A stretch of DNA of 64,000 nucleotides from an uncultured Chloroflexia bacterium (lineage in GTDB: Bacteria > Chloroflexota > Limnocylindria > Limnocylindrales > CSP1-4): positions 142,819 through 206,818 of the forward strand of contig CAWELX010000001.1 in the NCBI GenBank assembly GCA_963810065.1. The letters run 5' to 3'. This document shows positions 10,312-19,036 of the stretch, one piece after another; position 1 is the first letter of the stretch, and every line of letters begins with the position of its first letter. A program made the translations under genes and the position numbers. The notes beneath the pieces were generated by a model. That model saw nothing but the letters and a program-made list of their open reading frames with translations. It ran no database searches and was not told the DNA's origin.

Positions 10312-10371
10312 CCGCGACTCAACGTCGGGCGACCGCAAGGTCCGCGAGTTCGAGTCTCCCTCCCGGGACCA
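10312..10371 (+). repeat. Direct repeat of the 3' part of tRNA-Leu (anticodon region to CCA); att-like partial tRNA copy
   Basis: GACTCAACGTCGGGCGACCGCAAGGTCCGCGAGTTCGAGTCTCCCTCCCGGGACCA matches the 3' ~57 nt of the tRNA at 9378..9463 with a few substitutions. No 5' acceptor or D-arm is present upstream. Confidence 0.6.
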
Positions 10372-10414
10372 TTGAGCGATGCAACGCACGCGGAACTGGG
10401 GCTAGTCTCGGCGC

Positions 10415-10810
10415 ATGACCCCCGGATCTGCAGGTCGCAGGCTCTGGCATCCGCTGGTCCTGGGCCTCGTCGTCGTGGCCCTGGCCGTCTCGGCGTGCGG
10501 CGGAGACGTCGGCAATTCGCTTGGTGGTCTTCCCATCGGCAGTCCGGGCGAGAACTGCGTCATGTCGCTCATCACCGACTGCAGCCCGGCGGTCGACGCC
10601 GCGGTCGCCAAGTCCACGACGCTCCATCCTGCGCAGCCTCAGCCGATCCGGGGCGTCGCGTATGCGCGGCGATGGACGGGTGGAGTCCTTCCGCAGGGGG
10701 GGCCGAACCCCTGGGTCGTGGAGCTTCACTTCGCCGACGGAACCTCGCGCGTCTTCCGCGTCGTCTGCGGCGTGGGGATCAGCACGGACTGCTTCGCCGA
10801 CGAGCTGTAG
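10415..10810 (+). CDS. Small lipoprotein, function unknown
   Basis: Signal peptide with lipobox LAVSACGG. Conserved Cys pattern. Starts 44 bp after the partial tRNA copy. Confidence 0.5.
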   Translation: MTPGSAGRRLWHPLVLGLVVVALAVSACGGDVGNSLGGLPIGSPGENCVMSLITDCSPAVDAAVAKSTTLHPAQPQPIRGVAYARRWTGGVLPQGGPNPWVVELHFADGTSRVFRVVCGVGISTDCFADEL

Positions 10811-11053
10811 CTGCTCGCGGGATGGGACGCGGACCGGGCGCAACGGGGCCGCTCGCCGCTCGCCGCTCGCGCAACGGGCCTTGACTGCGCAGCGTCTCAT
10901 CGGAGCGGCGGGGCCGCGGGCGATCACCGAGCGCCGGAGGGCCGTTCGGCACTCCCCGTGACGCCGGCGCCGGGGAGAACGTCTCCATCGGCGAGCCACC
11001 GCCCAACGCAAGGTGCGATCGGCCAGCGAAGAGACGCCCCAGGGAGGAGGAAC

Positions 11054-12013
11054 ATGGGAGGGCACCGGGCACGCAGGTTCGTCGTCGCAGCGTCGATGCT
11101 CGTGCTGCTCGCGGGCTGCGCCTCCGCCGGTACCGGGACTTCGCTGCCCTCGCCGTCGCCCTCCACGCCCAGGCCGACGGCGCTTCCGAGCGCGCCCGCG
11201 GCGGTCGATACCGGCCCGTCGCCGACCACCCCGGCGGCCACCCCGACACCGACGCCGCTTGCACCGGTGCCGACGCCGGCACCGACCGGAACGGCGAAGG
11301 CCGCGCCGGGAAGGCTCGGACCAGACATGGTCGCCGTCGTGGTGACCGACGATCTGGTGATGCGGAGCGAGCCGCGGATCAGCGAGTCGTCGGTCGTCTA
11401 CGAGCGGTGGCTGCAGCGCCGGGAGCAGCTCTACGTGCTCGGCGGTCCGGTTCGTGGGAGCGGATACCAGTGGTACGAGGTCATGCCGCTCTCCGCGAAG
11501 TACGACGAAACCGGCTGGGTCGCTGCGGCGAGCCGCTCCGGTGAGCCGTGGATCAGGCCTGTGGGCGCCCCCACCTGCCCAGCCATCCCGAGGACGGTTG
11601 CGGGCCTTGCGCGGCTGCCGTCTGGCATCCGGCTCGCATGTTTCGGCGGCGTCCCGATCACGGTCAGGGCGGAACTCACCAGCTGCTCGGTGGAGATGTC
11701 CGACGCGTTCCACGACCCGGCGATGTTCAACGTCGTCTACGACCCACGGAAGGATGTTCCGGCCCCGGTCGAGCTCAGCGACCCGCAGGCGGACCCGTGC
11801 GCGGACGACAGCGGGAGGAGTCGACTCTCCCTCTACCTCGACCCGGCCGGGACGTCGCCCGATCCGCTGCCGATGGGCACGGCCGTGGAGGTGACTGGCA
11901 TCTTCGACCACCCGGCGGCCGCAGGCTGCCTGTTTGTCAGTCTGATCGAGGGTCCTCCAGAGCCCGATCCCGCCTGGTGTCGCCCGATGTTCGTGGTGAC
12001 CCGGCTGGAATAG
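11054..12013 (+). CDS. Lipoprotein with SH3b-like domain and C-terminal Cys-rich domain (paralog family member A)
   Basis: SD AGGGAGGAGG. Lipobox LLAGCAS and a Pro/Thr-rich linker. SH3-like segment VVVTDDLVMRSEPRISESSVVYERW...YQWYEV. C-terminal domain carries ACFGG, HPAAAGC and WCRPMFVV motifs shared with 12211..12924 and 15752..16474. Confidence 0.6.
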   Translation: MGGHRARRFVVAASMLVLLAGCASAGTGTSLPSPSPSTPRPTALPSAPAAVDTGPSPTTPAATPTPTPLAPVPTPAPTGTAKAAPGRLGPDMVAVVVTDDLVMRSEPRISESSVVYERWLQRREQLYVLGGPVRGSGYQWYEVMPLSAKYDETGWVAAASRSGEPWIRPVGAPTCPAIPRTVAGLARLPSGIRLACFGGVPITVRAELTSCSVEMSDAFHDPAMFNVVYDPRKDVPAPVELSDPQADPCADDSGRSRLSLYLDPAGTSPDPLPMGTAVEVTGIFDHPAAAGCLFVSLIEGPPEPDPAWCRPMFVVTRLE

Positions 12014-12210
12014 CGCTCGCCACGCCCTCGGCCCGCGCCGGGCGCACCGCTCTCCCCGGGGGATGGGACGCGCACCGGGCGTCCCGGGGGTCTGATATCC
12101 GGCTCTCGCGTAACGGGGACCAGCCGGGCAGCGTCACACCCACAGCGGGGGGCTCCGGCCCGGCCGGGCCGTTCACCAGGTTCGCTTCTCGGCGTCCCGG
12201 GAGGATGACG

Positions 12211-12924
12211 ATGGGCCGTGGATTCGGTGGCGCCGTCAGGCTGATGGCCGCGACGCTCATCGGGATCGGCATGCTGGTGGTGCCGGGGCCGGGCACGTCG
12301 GCGACCCTCGCTCGGTCCCCCGATTGTCCCTCGCCGCCGATCACCGCCGAGAAGCTCGCCCGGGTGATGTACGAGGGGAACCCGCTCGCCTGCTTCGGCG
12401 GCCGCCTTCTGACCTTCTCCACCTACGTCCCGCCGGCCCCGGAGGGGATCGGATGGGCGATGGCCTGGTCGATCTCACCGGGCTGGCTCGATGACAACAG
12501 CGGCAGCATGGTGTGGCTCACCACGGGGCCGACGCGTGACTTCGGGCCGGGCGAGGTGATCACCGCGTGGATTCCGCCGGCGCTCGGGCGATGCTCCGTC
12601 GGCGAGATGCTGGCGTCCTGCCCATTCCGCTGGTTCGTTGGTCGTTGGACGACCGTGAGCGCCCACTTCGACGGCCCCGTTGCCCGAACCTGCCGGTTCA
12701 CCGATCACCCGTCCGAGCCGGGCTTCACGAAGCGTGATGCGGTGGCGAACTGCAAGGCGAAGCTCATCGTCCTGTCCGTCGGCTCGGTCGCTCCCCCCGA
12801 CACGTCCATGGCAGCCCCGGGTCACGAGGATCCCGTCGGACTTCCGCTGGTGCCGCTTGCGGTGGCCACCCTTGCCCTCCTCTGGCCTTGGCTCGCCCAG
12901 CGTTCACCGTCGCGTCGCAGCTAG
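12211..12924 (+). CDS. Secreted Cys-rich protein with C-terminal hydrophobic anchor (paralog family member B)
   Basis: Signal peptide MGRGFGGAVRLMAATLIGIGMLVVPG. Motifs ACFGG, HFDGPVARTC and NCKAKLIV. C-terminal LPLVPLAVATLALLWPWLAQRSPSRRS is a TM helix plus basic tail, resembling a sorting signal. Confidence 0.6.
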   Translation: MGRGFGGAVRLMAATLIGIGMLVVPGPGTSATLARSPDCPSPPITAEKLARVMYEGNPLACFGGRLLTFSTYVPPAPEGIGWAMAWSISPGWLDDNSGSMVWLTTGPTRDFGPGEVITAWIPPALGRCSVGEMLASCPFRWFVGRWTTVSAHFDGPVARTCRFTDHPSEPGFTKRDAVANCKAKLIVLSVGSVAPPDTSMAAPGHEDPVGLPLVPLAVATLALLWPWLAQRSPSRRS

Positions 12925-13189
12925 ACCACCGCCGCCCCGACTCGGCACCGGCCACTCCGCTCTCCTCGGAGGACAGGACGCACACCGGGCGTCCGGGGAA
13001 AGGCTTCCGGAGCCCGCTCGCACCGCCTCGGCCGCAGGGGGCCGTTCGGCCCTCGCCAGACCCGCAACCCGCGCCCAGCGTGTCGGCCAGCGGGAGGCGA
13101 TGACCTGAGGTCCATACCCCGGCCGCCCGGACCGCGCCGAGCCACTGGCGAGCCCGACCCCGCTGCGAGCGTCCCAGGGGAGGTTCGGC

Positions 13190-13744
13190 ATGCGCCGTCT
13201 CGTGGCGCTCCTGTCCGCCGTCGCGCTCGTTGCCTCGCTCGCGGGGAGCGCAGCAGCGTCTCCCGCAGCGACGCGAAGCAGCAGCTTCGTCGGGAACTTC
13301 GAGATGATCAACATGAACGACGGGACGGCGGCTGGCTGGGCCAACGTCGAGATTCGCGTGGCGACCGAGCAGAGGCTCGTCCCGGGCCACTACGACTTCC
13401 GTGGTGCGAAGGGCTCGCCAATCCGAGAGGGCCACGCCGTCCTCGGGGTTACCGGCTTCTGGTTCGACTTCGGGCACGGGGCCGATTCGAACGTCGCCTA
13501 CACCGAGGGCGTGGAATGCCTTTACACCGAGCCCGGCGCGAAGGACTGCCATGCCTTCACCGGGATGTTCGTGGACGTGCTTGATCCGGCCGCCACCGAC
13601 TGGGTCGAATTCCAGACCCACGACCCCGCCAACATCAACCATGACCCCAACAACCCGACCACGTGGGACAAGTTCCAGTTCTTCGTTGGGAAGGGCTCCT
13701 TCGTCCTGCGCTGCGTCGGAGCCTCCTGCCCGACGAATCCGTAG
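13190..13744 (+). CDS. Secreted hypothetical protein
   Basis: SD GGGGAGG. Signal peptide MRRLVALLSAVALVASLAGSAAA. Several conserved Cys residues. Confidence 0.55.
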   Translation: MRRLVALLSAVALVASLAGSAAASPAATRSSSFVGNFEMINMNDGTAAGWANVEIRVATEQRLVPGHYDFRGAKGSPIREGHAVLGVTGFWFDFGHGADSNVAYTEGVECLYTEPGAKDCHAFTGMFVDVLDPAATDWVEFQTHDPANINHDPNNPTTWDKFQFFVGKGSFVLRCVGASCPTNP

Positions 13745-13905
13745 GTCCGACGAGGTGACGGCTCGATGGCGGCACCGACCCCCGGCGCGGCATCGAGCGC
13801 TTCGCTCTCCTCGGGGGAAGGGGCGCGCGCCGGGCTTCCGGGGGCCGCGCCATGCCGCCGTCAGGGTACCGGCGACCGGTCGTCAACCGTCCGAGGATGG
13901 GTCAT

Positions 13906-14416
13906 GACCCACGGGCCAACAGCTATCCGGGCGTCGCCCGGCACGACGACGGAGGTATCGGGCGCGTGGTCGTGGGTCAGTGTCAGCTATGCGCAGACGC
14001 CGCTCGACGACGGAAGCATCCTGGCCGCCGGCACCCGAGCCGGCACCTGGACCGGCACCCTTAGAGGAAGCTCGTACGACGTCTTCGAGATGACGTGGAC
14101 GCCACCCTTCGGGGACACCGTGCACGGCGCCGCCTGGGGCACGCTCACGGCCGTGTTCACCGGCAGGGTGAGTGGCAGGCACGGCACCCTGACATTGCTC
14201 TTCTCCATGCGGGAGCCCGCGGACGATGCGCTGCTCAGCGGGACCTGGGTCATCGTTTCCGGGACGAAGGGGCTCAGGCACGTCCGCGGGAGCGGCACGT
14301 GGGTCGGCTCCGGCGTCGACTCCAGTGCGACGTACGGCGGGACGATCCGCCGAACGGCGCTCCGGCGACATCGAACGCCCCGCCCGCCGGCGGATCGGGG
14401 CCAGCACGGGCAGTAG
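13906..14416 (+). CDS. Hypothetical protein (Gly/Thr/Trp-rich, probably beta-rich)
   Basis: In-frame ATG (MTHGPTAIRAS) with SD GAGGATGGG inside track ORF 13766..14416. Good coding periodicity. Confidence 0.4.
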
Positions 14417-14653
14417 CGCCCGCGCCTCGCCCACGGCAAGGGCAGTGCGGCCCGGCACGGACCGGCCCCACCGGTTCCGCACGTCCGGCCGGCTCGGCCT
14501 CCGGGGGGCGGTGGCGCGCGCTGAACCTCGGCGCGCCGTGCCATTCGACTCTGGTGGACCGCGTTCCCGGCAGCGAACGTGGCCGCGGGCGCGAACCGGA
14601 ATCGAGCCAGCCCGAGGGCGAAGACCGTCCCGCGCCGCGGAGGATCACCCGCC

Positions 14654-15631
14654 GTGTACGTGCAGAGGTGCCGCCGGCTTGCGGTCGCGACCCTGACGCT
14701 GGCGCTGGGAGTGGTGGTGGTGTCCTGCTCGAACCCGGCCCAGGCCGAGATCGACCGCGGCGCCGAGCTTGCCAACACCGGTCGGTACGACGAGGCAATC
14801 GCTGCCTACAAGGCCGCCCTCGAGCTCGATCCCGACAACGCCGAAGCGCTCGCGGGGAGAGGCTGCGCGCAGTCGCAAACCGACGTCGCTGCTGCGATCG
14901 CGGATCTCGACCGGGCGATCGAGCTCGACCCGACGAGCCTTGACGGCTATCGATGTCGAGCCGGGGCGCGGCGGATCAAGGGTGACCTGGACGCTGCACT
15001 GGCCGACGCCACGAAGGCCCTGGAGCTGGATCCGTCGGACGCGGCGGCCCACGTGGCGTTCGCCAACATCCTCGACGACATGGGCCGGACGAGCGAGGCG
15101 ATCCCCGAGTACGACAAGGCGATCGAGCTGGCCGCGAAGCTGGCCGACGGGGAGGGACAGCGATTGCTGCTGGCCAATGCGTACAACCAGCGGAGCATCG
15201 CTCGCGGGCGACTGGATGACGACGCCGGCGCCGCGGCCGATCTCGACAAGGCCATCGAGCTCGACCCGGAGTACGGGCCGGCATATGCCAACCGCGCCAT
15301 GAGCGAGCTCTATGCCGGCGACTGCAAGAAGGCGATCGAGGACGCCACGAAGGCGATCGAGCTGGAGCCCGACTTCCCGACCGCGTATGGCGCGCGAGCC
15401 CTCTGCCTGGCTGACGCCGGCGACCTGGATGGTGCGCTCGCGGACGCCAGTCGGGCCATCGACCTCGGCCGGACCGACATGTACGCCTACTACACGCGTG
15501 GTCTCGTCTACGCCGAACGGGGCGACAAGGCCCAGGCGACCGCCGACCTGCGCAAGGCGATCGAGCTGGCACCCACGGCCGACGCCGCCGACGAGATCCG
15601 CACGCTCATGGCCCAGTACGGCCTCGAGTAG
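14654..15631 (+). CDS. TPR-repeat lipoprotein
   Basis: GTG start with SD GGAGGAT 8 nt upstream. Lipobox VVVSCSN. Seven or more TPR units with A-x-x-D-x-x-K-A-I-E-L-D-P signatures. Confidence 0.7.
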   Translation: MYVQRCRRLAVATLTLALGVVVVSCSNPAQAEIDRGAELANTGRYDEAIAAYKAALELDPDNAEALAGRGCAQSQTDVAAAIADLDRAIELDPTSLDGYRCRAGARRIKGDLDAALADATKALELDPSDAAAHVAFANILDDMGRTSEAIPEYDKAIELAAKLADGEGQRLLLANAYNQRSIARGRLDDDAGAAADLDKAIELDPEYGPAYANRAMSELYAGDCKKAIEDATKAIELEPDFPTAYGARALCLADAGDLDGALADASRAIDLGRTDMYAYYTRGLVYAERGDKAQATADLRKAIELAPTADAADEIRTLMAQYGLE

Positions 15632-15751
15632 CTCCCGGTGAACAGGACCGCCGAGATGCCGGCCCCCGGACGCACACCCGAGCGTCCGAGACTCGCAACG
15701 CATGGGGATCGACCTGCGTCGTACCAGGTGCCACCCCCGAGGAGTCGAGAG

Positions 15752-16474
15752 ATGCGCTGGTTCGGACTGATGGTCGGTGCCGCACTCTTGGTCTCGGCGT
15801 GTGCCGCGACGGGAACGAGCCCTTCGCCCTCCCCGCCCACGGCCGCCGCAACCGCAACGCCCGGCGCATCGGCGGAGACTTCGTTCAGCCCGCCAGCGAC
15901 CATCGCTCCGCCGCCCGAGGCGACCCTGGCCCCGCCGGCGGCCACCCCGACACCGACCCCGACACCAACGGCGAAGGCCACCCCGGCGGCCACCCCGGCG
16001 CCAACACCCTCAATTGCGGCTGCCACGCCCCGCCCACCGTGCGACTCGACACCCGTGCTCAGCGTGAAGCGGGTCCTCGACGGCGGCCGCCCCTGTTTCG
16101 GCCGGAACAGCATCCGTGTTCGGGGGTGGCTGGCGGAGTCCTGGGGGATCGGCGGTTTGAAGTCCGGCATCATCCCGTCCTGGCTGGGCGAGATGCCCGC
16201 CGGCCCGGTGCTCTGGCAGAGGCCACGCAACCCGGACGGCTGCATCGACGACGATGACTGCGTGTTTGTCTTCATCCACGTTCGCCCGGGATCCGGGGTC
16301 GTGCTTGGCAAGAAGGCGCGGTGGGTGATCCTGGCCGGCCACTTCGACGACCAGGTGGCACGTACCTGTGCCTGGGATGGCCACACCAACAGCAGCATCA
16401 CGCGTGCCAAGGCTGTCCGAGTGTGCCGGGACGCGTTCGTCGTGACGTCCATCCGCAACGCGCCCACCCCCTGA
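15752..16474 (+). CDS. Lipoprotein with Pro/Thr/Ala linker and Cys-rich domain (paralog family member C)
   Basis: Lipobox LLVSACAA. Motifs RPCFG, AGHFDDQVARTC and VCRDAFVV align with members A and B. Confidence 0.6.
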   Translation: MRWFGLMVGAALLVSACAATGTSPSPSPPTAAATATPGASAETSFSPPATIAPPPEATLAPPAATPTPTPTPTAKATPAATPAPTPSIAAATPRPPCDSTPVLSVKRVLDGGRPCFGRNSIRVRGWLAESWGIGGLKSGIIPSWLGEMPAGPVLWQRPRNPDGCIDDDDCVFVFIHVRPGSGVVLGKKARWVILAGHFDDQVARTCAWDGHTNSSITRAKAVRVCRDAFVVTSIRNAPTP

Positions 16475-16485
16475 CCCCTCGCCGC

Positions 16486-16510
16486 ACGGCCGGGCGCGGC
16501 CCGGGCGTTT
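16486..16510 (+). terminator. Hairpin CCGGGC-GCG-GCCCGG followed by GCGTTTGGGG
   Basis: Lies directly after the stop of 15752..16474. Confidence 0.35.
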
Positions 16511-16736
16511 GGGGGGCCCTTTGCCTCTAGCCAGCCTCCCGCGATGGGAGCAATCTCCTTCGAGTTGGCGGGAGGCCCTGACGCGCGGCCCAGACTTCGG
16601 TCGCCGGGACCGCGCCGAGCCACTGGCGAGACCGACCCGCACGACCTGCATCGCAGGTGGGTGATGCAGGGCGTCATGGCATCCCAGCGTGCCGGTGAAC
16701 GCGCGAGGGCCGAGGCGTCGCCTGCAAGGGGGAGAC

Positions 16737-16985
16737 ATGAGGCCGAGTCGAGGACCCGGTGTCGTGCCCGTCGGTGGCATCTTCACCGGCGAGTCGGGCT
16801 CGACGCTGTCCGACGAGATCGACTTCCGGATGCGCCGCCTCGAGATGGAGGCGGCCAGTGAGCGCGCCGTGCGTCCGCCGGGCGGATCGGGCCGCCACGT
16901 CGCCGCCGTCGACAGCGCTCTCATGGCGCTGCGCCGGCTGCACGTGCGGGAGCACCTGCCGCTTCACCACGGGCATCGCCCGTAG
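16737..16985 (+). CDS. Small hypothetical protein (82 aa)
   Basis: ATG with strong SD AAGGGGGAG 3 nt upstream. Sequence MRPSRGPGVVPVGGIFTGESGSTLSDEIDFRMRRLEMEA.... Preceded by the shared upstream repeat at 16606-16640. Confidence 0.3.
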   Translation: MRPSRGPGVVPVGGIFTGESGSTLSDEIDFRMRRLEMEAASERAVRPPGGSGRHVAAVDSALMALRRLHVREHLPLHHGHRP

Positions 16986-17127
16986 GGTCCGGTCGGTCGG
17001 CGCGCCGTCCACGGCCGTCGCGACGACTTGCGGAGCGCGGCAGTATCGTCGTCACGATCGCGCCTCGACGGTCGTGCCCCGACCGGGGTGCGCCGCGTGT
17101 CGAGCACAGACCGGGGTGAGCGGAACC

Positions 17128-18063
17128 ATGAGCGCCGCGGTTCCGCCGGCCTCAGCGCGTCGACCCCGGCGCTGGATGCGCGCGCACTGGCGCGGTCTCG
17201 CGGTGCTGCTTCTCGCGATCGTCCTCCTCCTGCCGGTGGGGGTCATGTGGGTCCGGGTCCATCCCCCGCGCACGCCCATCGACGACGATCCGGGGCGCCA
17301 CGGCCTGCGCTACCAGGACGTCTCCTTCGCCAGCCCGCTCGACGGCACGATCCTGCGCGGGTGGTACCTGCCTGCCCCGCAGTCCACCGGCCGCACCGTC
17401 GTGATCGCGCCGGGGATCGACAGCAACCGCCTCGTCGGCGGGATCAGCCTGCCCCTGGCCGTCGACCTCGTCGCCGACGGGTTCGACGTCCTGGTTTTCG
17501 ACATGCGGGCCCAGGGCACCAGCGAAGGCGACACCCTGTCGTTCGGGGCGCGCGAGCAGGACGACGTCCTGGGGGCGGTGGCCGCCGCCCGGGCGCGCGG
17601 TGCCCGCCACGTGGCCGTCATCGGCTTCAGCATGGGAACCGCGGCGGCCATGCTCGCCGCGGCGCGCACGCCGGACATCGAGGCGCTCGTGCTGGATTCC
17701 GCGTTCGCGGACCTGCCCACGACGCTGGAGAACGAGTTCCGCGCGACCTGGCACATGCCCGCGCCGGGAGTGGCGTACGCCATGTTCCTGTACCAGGTGA
17801 TGTCCGGGACCGACCCGGCGACGGTGATGCCCGCCGATGCCATCGGCGCCCTTGGGGCGCGTCCGCTGCTCTTCATCGCGGGCGCCGACGACCGTACGGT
17901 CATGCCGGCCGACGGGGAGTCGATGGCAGCGACCGCCGGGACGCCGGCCGCCTACGTGCTCGTCGCCGGAGCCGGGCACGTCGGAGCCTACTTCGTCGAT
18001 CCCACCGCCTATTCAACGCGTATCCGCGCCTTCCTGGGCGCAGCCCTGCCGCCGGGATCCTGA
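17128..18063 (+). CDS. Alpha/beta hydrolase (membrane-anchored, BAAT/peptidase S9-like fold)
   Basis: N-terminal TM helix LAVLLLAIVLLLPVGV. Nucleophile elbow GFSMG. Paralog of 19037..20059. Confidence 0.7.
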   Translation: MSAAVPPASARRPRRWMRAHWRGLAVLLLAIVLLLPVGVMWVRVHPPRTPIDDDPGRHGLRYQDVSFASPLDGTILRGWYLPAPQSTGRTVVIAPGIDSNRLVGGISLPLAVDLVADGFDVLVFDMRAQGTSEGDTLSFGAREQDDVLGAVAAARARGARHVAVIGFSMGTAAAMLAAARTPDIEALVLDSAFADLPTTLENEFRATWHMPAPGVAYAMFLYQVMSGTDPATVMPADAIGALGARPLLFIAGADDRTVMPADGESMAATAGTPAAYVLVAGAGHVGAYFVDPTAYSTRIRAFLGAALPPGS

Positions 18064-18067
18064 GCAG

Positions 18068-18181
18068 CACCGGCACCCGGCGCGCCCGGGAACGCGCCCA
18101 CCACCCGGCGCGCCCGGGAACGCGCCCACCACCCGGCGCGCCCGGGAACGCGCCCACCACCCGGCGCGCCCGGGAACGCGC
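18068..18181. repeat. Perfect 28-bp tandem repeat x4 (CACCACCCGGCGCGCCCGGGAACGCGCC)
   Basis: Period 28 with unit starts at 18076, 18104, 18132 and 18160. Each unit contains the GGCGCGCC palindrome within CCCGG-CGCGC-CCGGG. Lies between the hydrolase stop (18063) and the GTG start at 18194. Confidence 0.85.
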
Positions 18182-18193
18182 TAGGCTCGCAGG

Positions 18194-18916
18194 GTGACTG
18201 CCTGGCCGCGCCGCGCCAAGATCGCCTTCGTCGGCTCCCACGGCATCCGCAAGACGACGGCCGCCTACGCCTTCGCCCACACGATCCAGCGCGCCGGCCG
18301 CTCCGTGGAGTTCGGGCGCGAGGTCGTTCGCGACAACCCGCTTGGCATCAACGAGACGGCCACCGGCGAGGCACAGCTGTGGGTCCTCGTCAGCCAGGTG
18401 CGCCAGGAGCTGGAGCTGGCGCCGAAGGCGGAGGTCCTGGTCACCGACCGCGGGGTCGTCGACAACTACGCCTACTATCTCCGTGCGTGTGGAGGCACCG
18501 ACCGCTTCGACATCGAACCGCTGGTGCGCAACTGGGGTGCCACCTACGACCTCGTGGTGCGCCTGACCCCCGACATCGAGCTGCGCCCCGACGGGATCCG
18601 CACCACCAGCATTGCGTTCCGCGAGCTCATCGAAGGGATCCTCGACACCGTCCTGCCGGGCTTCGTGCGTCCCGACCGACTGGTCACGATCCCCGCATCG
18701 GAGATCACCGACGACTTCGACTGGTGGCCGCTGGCCGAACGCCTGGCGAAGGCGGTGGGCGCACCGCTCCTCGCCGAGGGCGTGGAGGCTGCGAGACGGC
18801 CGCGAGCCCGTCGGGCCGCAGCCGTCGCTCCCCCGCCGGCGGGTGGGCTCCAGCTGGACCTGGAGCTGCCGCGCACGCCCGGGCGGACGAGCCAAGAGCC
18901 TCCGGCTGGCGCATGA
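18194..18916 (+). CDS. P-loop NTPase (AAA_28/NadR-C-like ATPase domain)
   Basis: Walker A AFVGSHGIRKTT. Walker B-like LVTDRGVVD. GTG start. Confidence 0.6.
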   Translation: MTAWPRRAKIAFVGSHGIRKTTAAYAFAHTIQRAGRSVEFGREVVRDNPLGINETATGEAQLWVLVSQVRQELELAPKAEVLVTDRGVVDNYAYYLRACGGTDRFDIEPLVRNWGATYDLVVRLTPDIELRPDGIRTTSIAFRELIEGILDTVLPGFVRPDRLVTIPASEITDDFDWWPLAERLAKAVGAPLLAEGVEAARRPRARRAAAVAPPPAGGLQLDLELPRTPGRTSQEPPAGA

Positions 18917-19036
18917 CGTCCGCCGGGCGCACGATCCGCCACCCCCCGTCGAGCGCGTGACCTCCGGCACTGTCACGAGGGGCTGCGCCCCACCACGATC
19001 GTGCCGCGTCCCTGGCGCGTCCGGGAGGTGCATCGG

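Noticed and set aside
10312-10371. Second complete tRNA-Leu gene
   Set aside because: No acceptor 5' strand or D-arm can be formed from the upstream sequence. Only the 3' ~57 nt are present, so it is called a partial att-like copy rather than a tRNA.
9176-10375. 399-aa ORF covering the tRNA-Leu locus and the repeat region
   Set aside because: Contains the tRNA gene and non-coding repeats. No SD and no motifs. Treated as an open-frame artefact.
18068-18181. CRISPR array
   Set aside because: The repeats are directly tandem with no spacers (period equals repeat length of 28 bp). No cas genes are nearby. No other spacer-containing repeat arrays were seen in the window.
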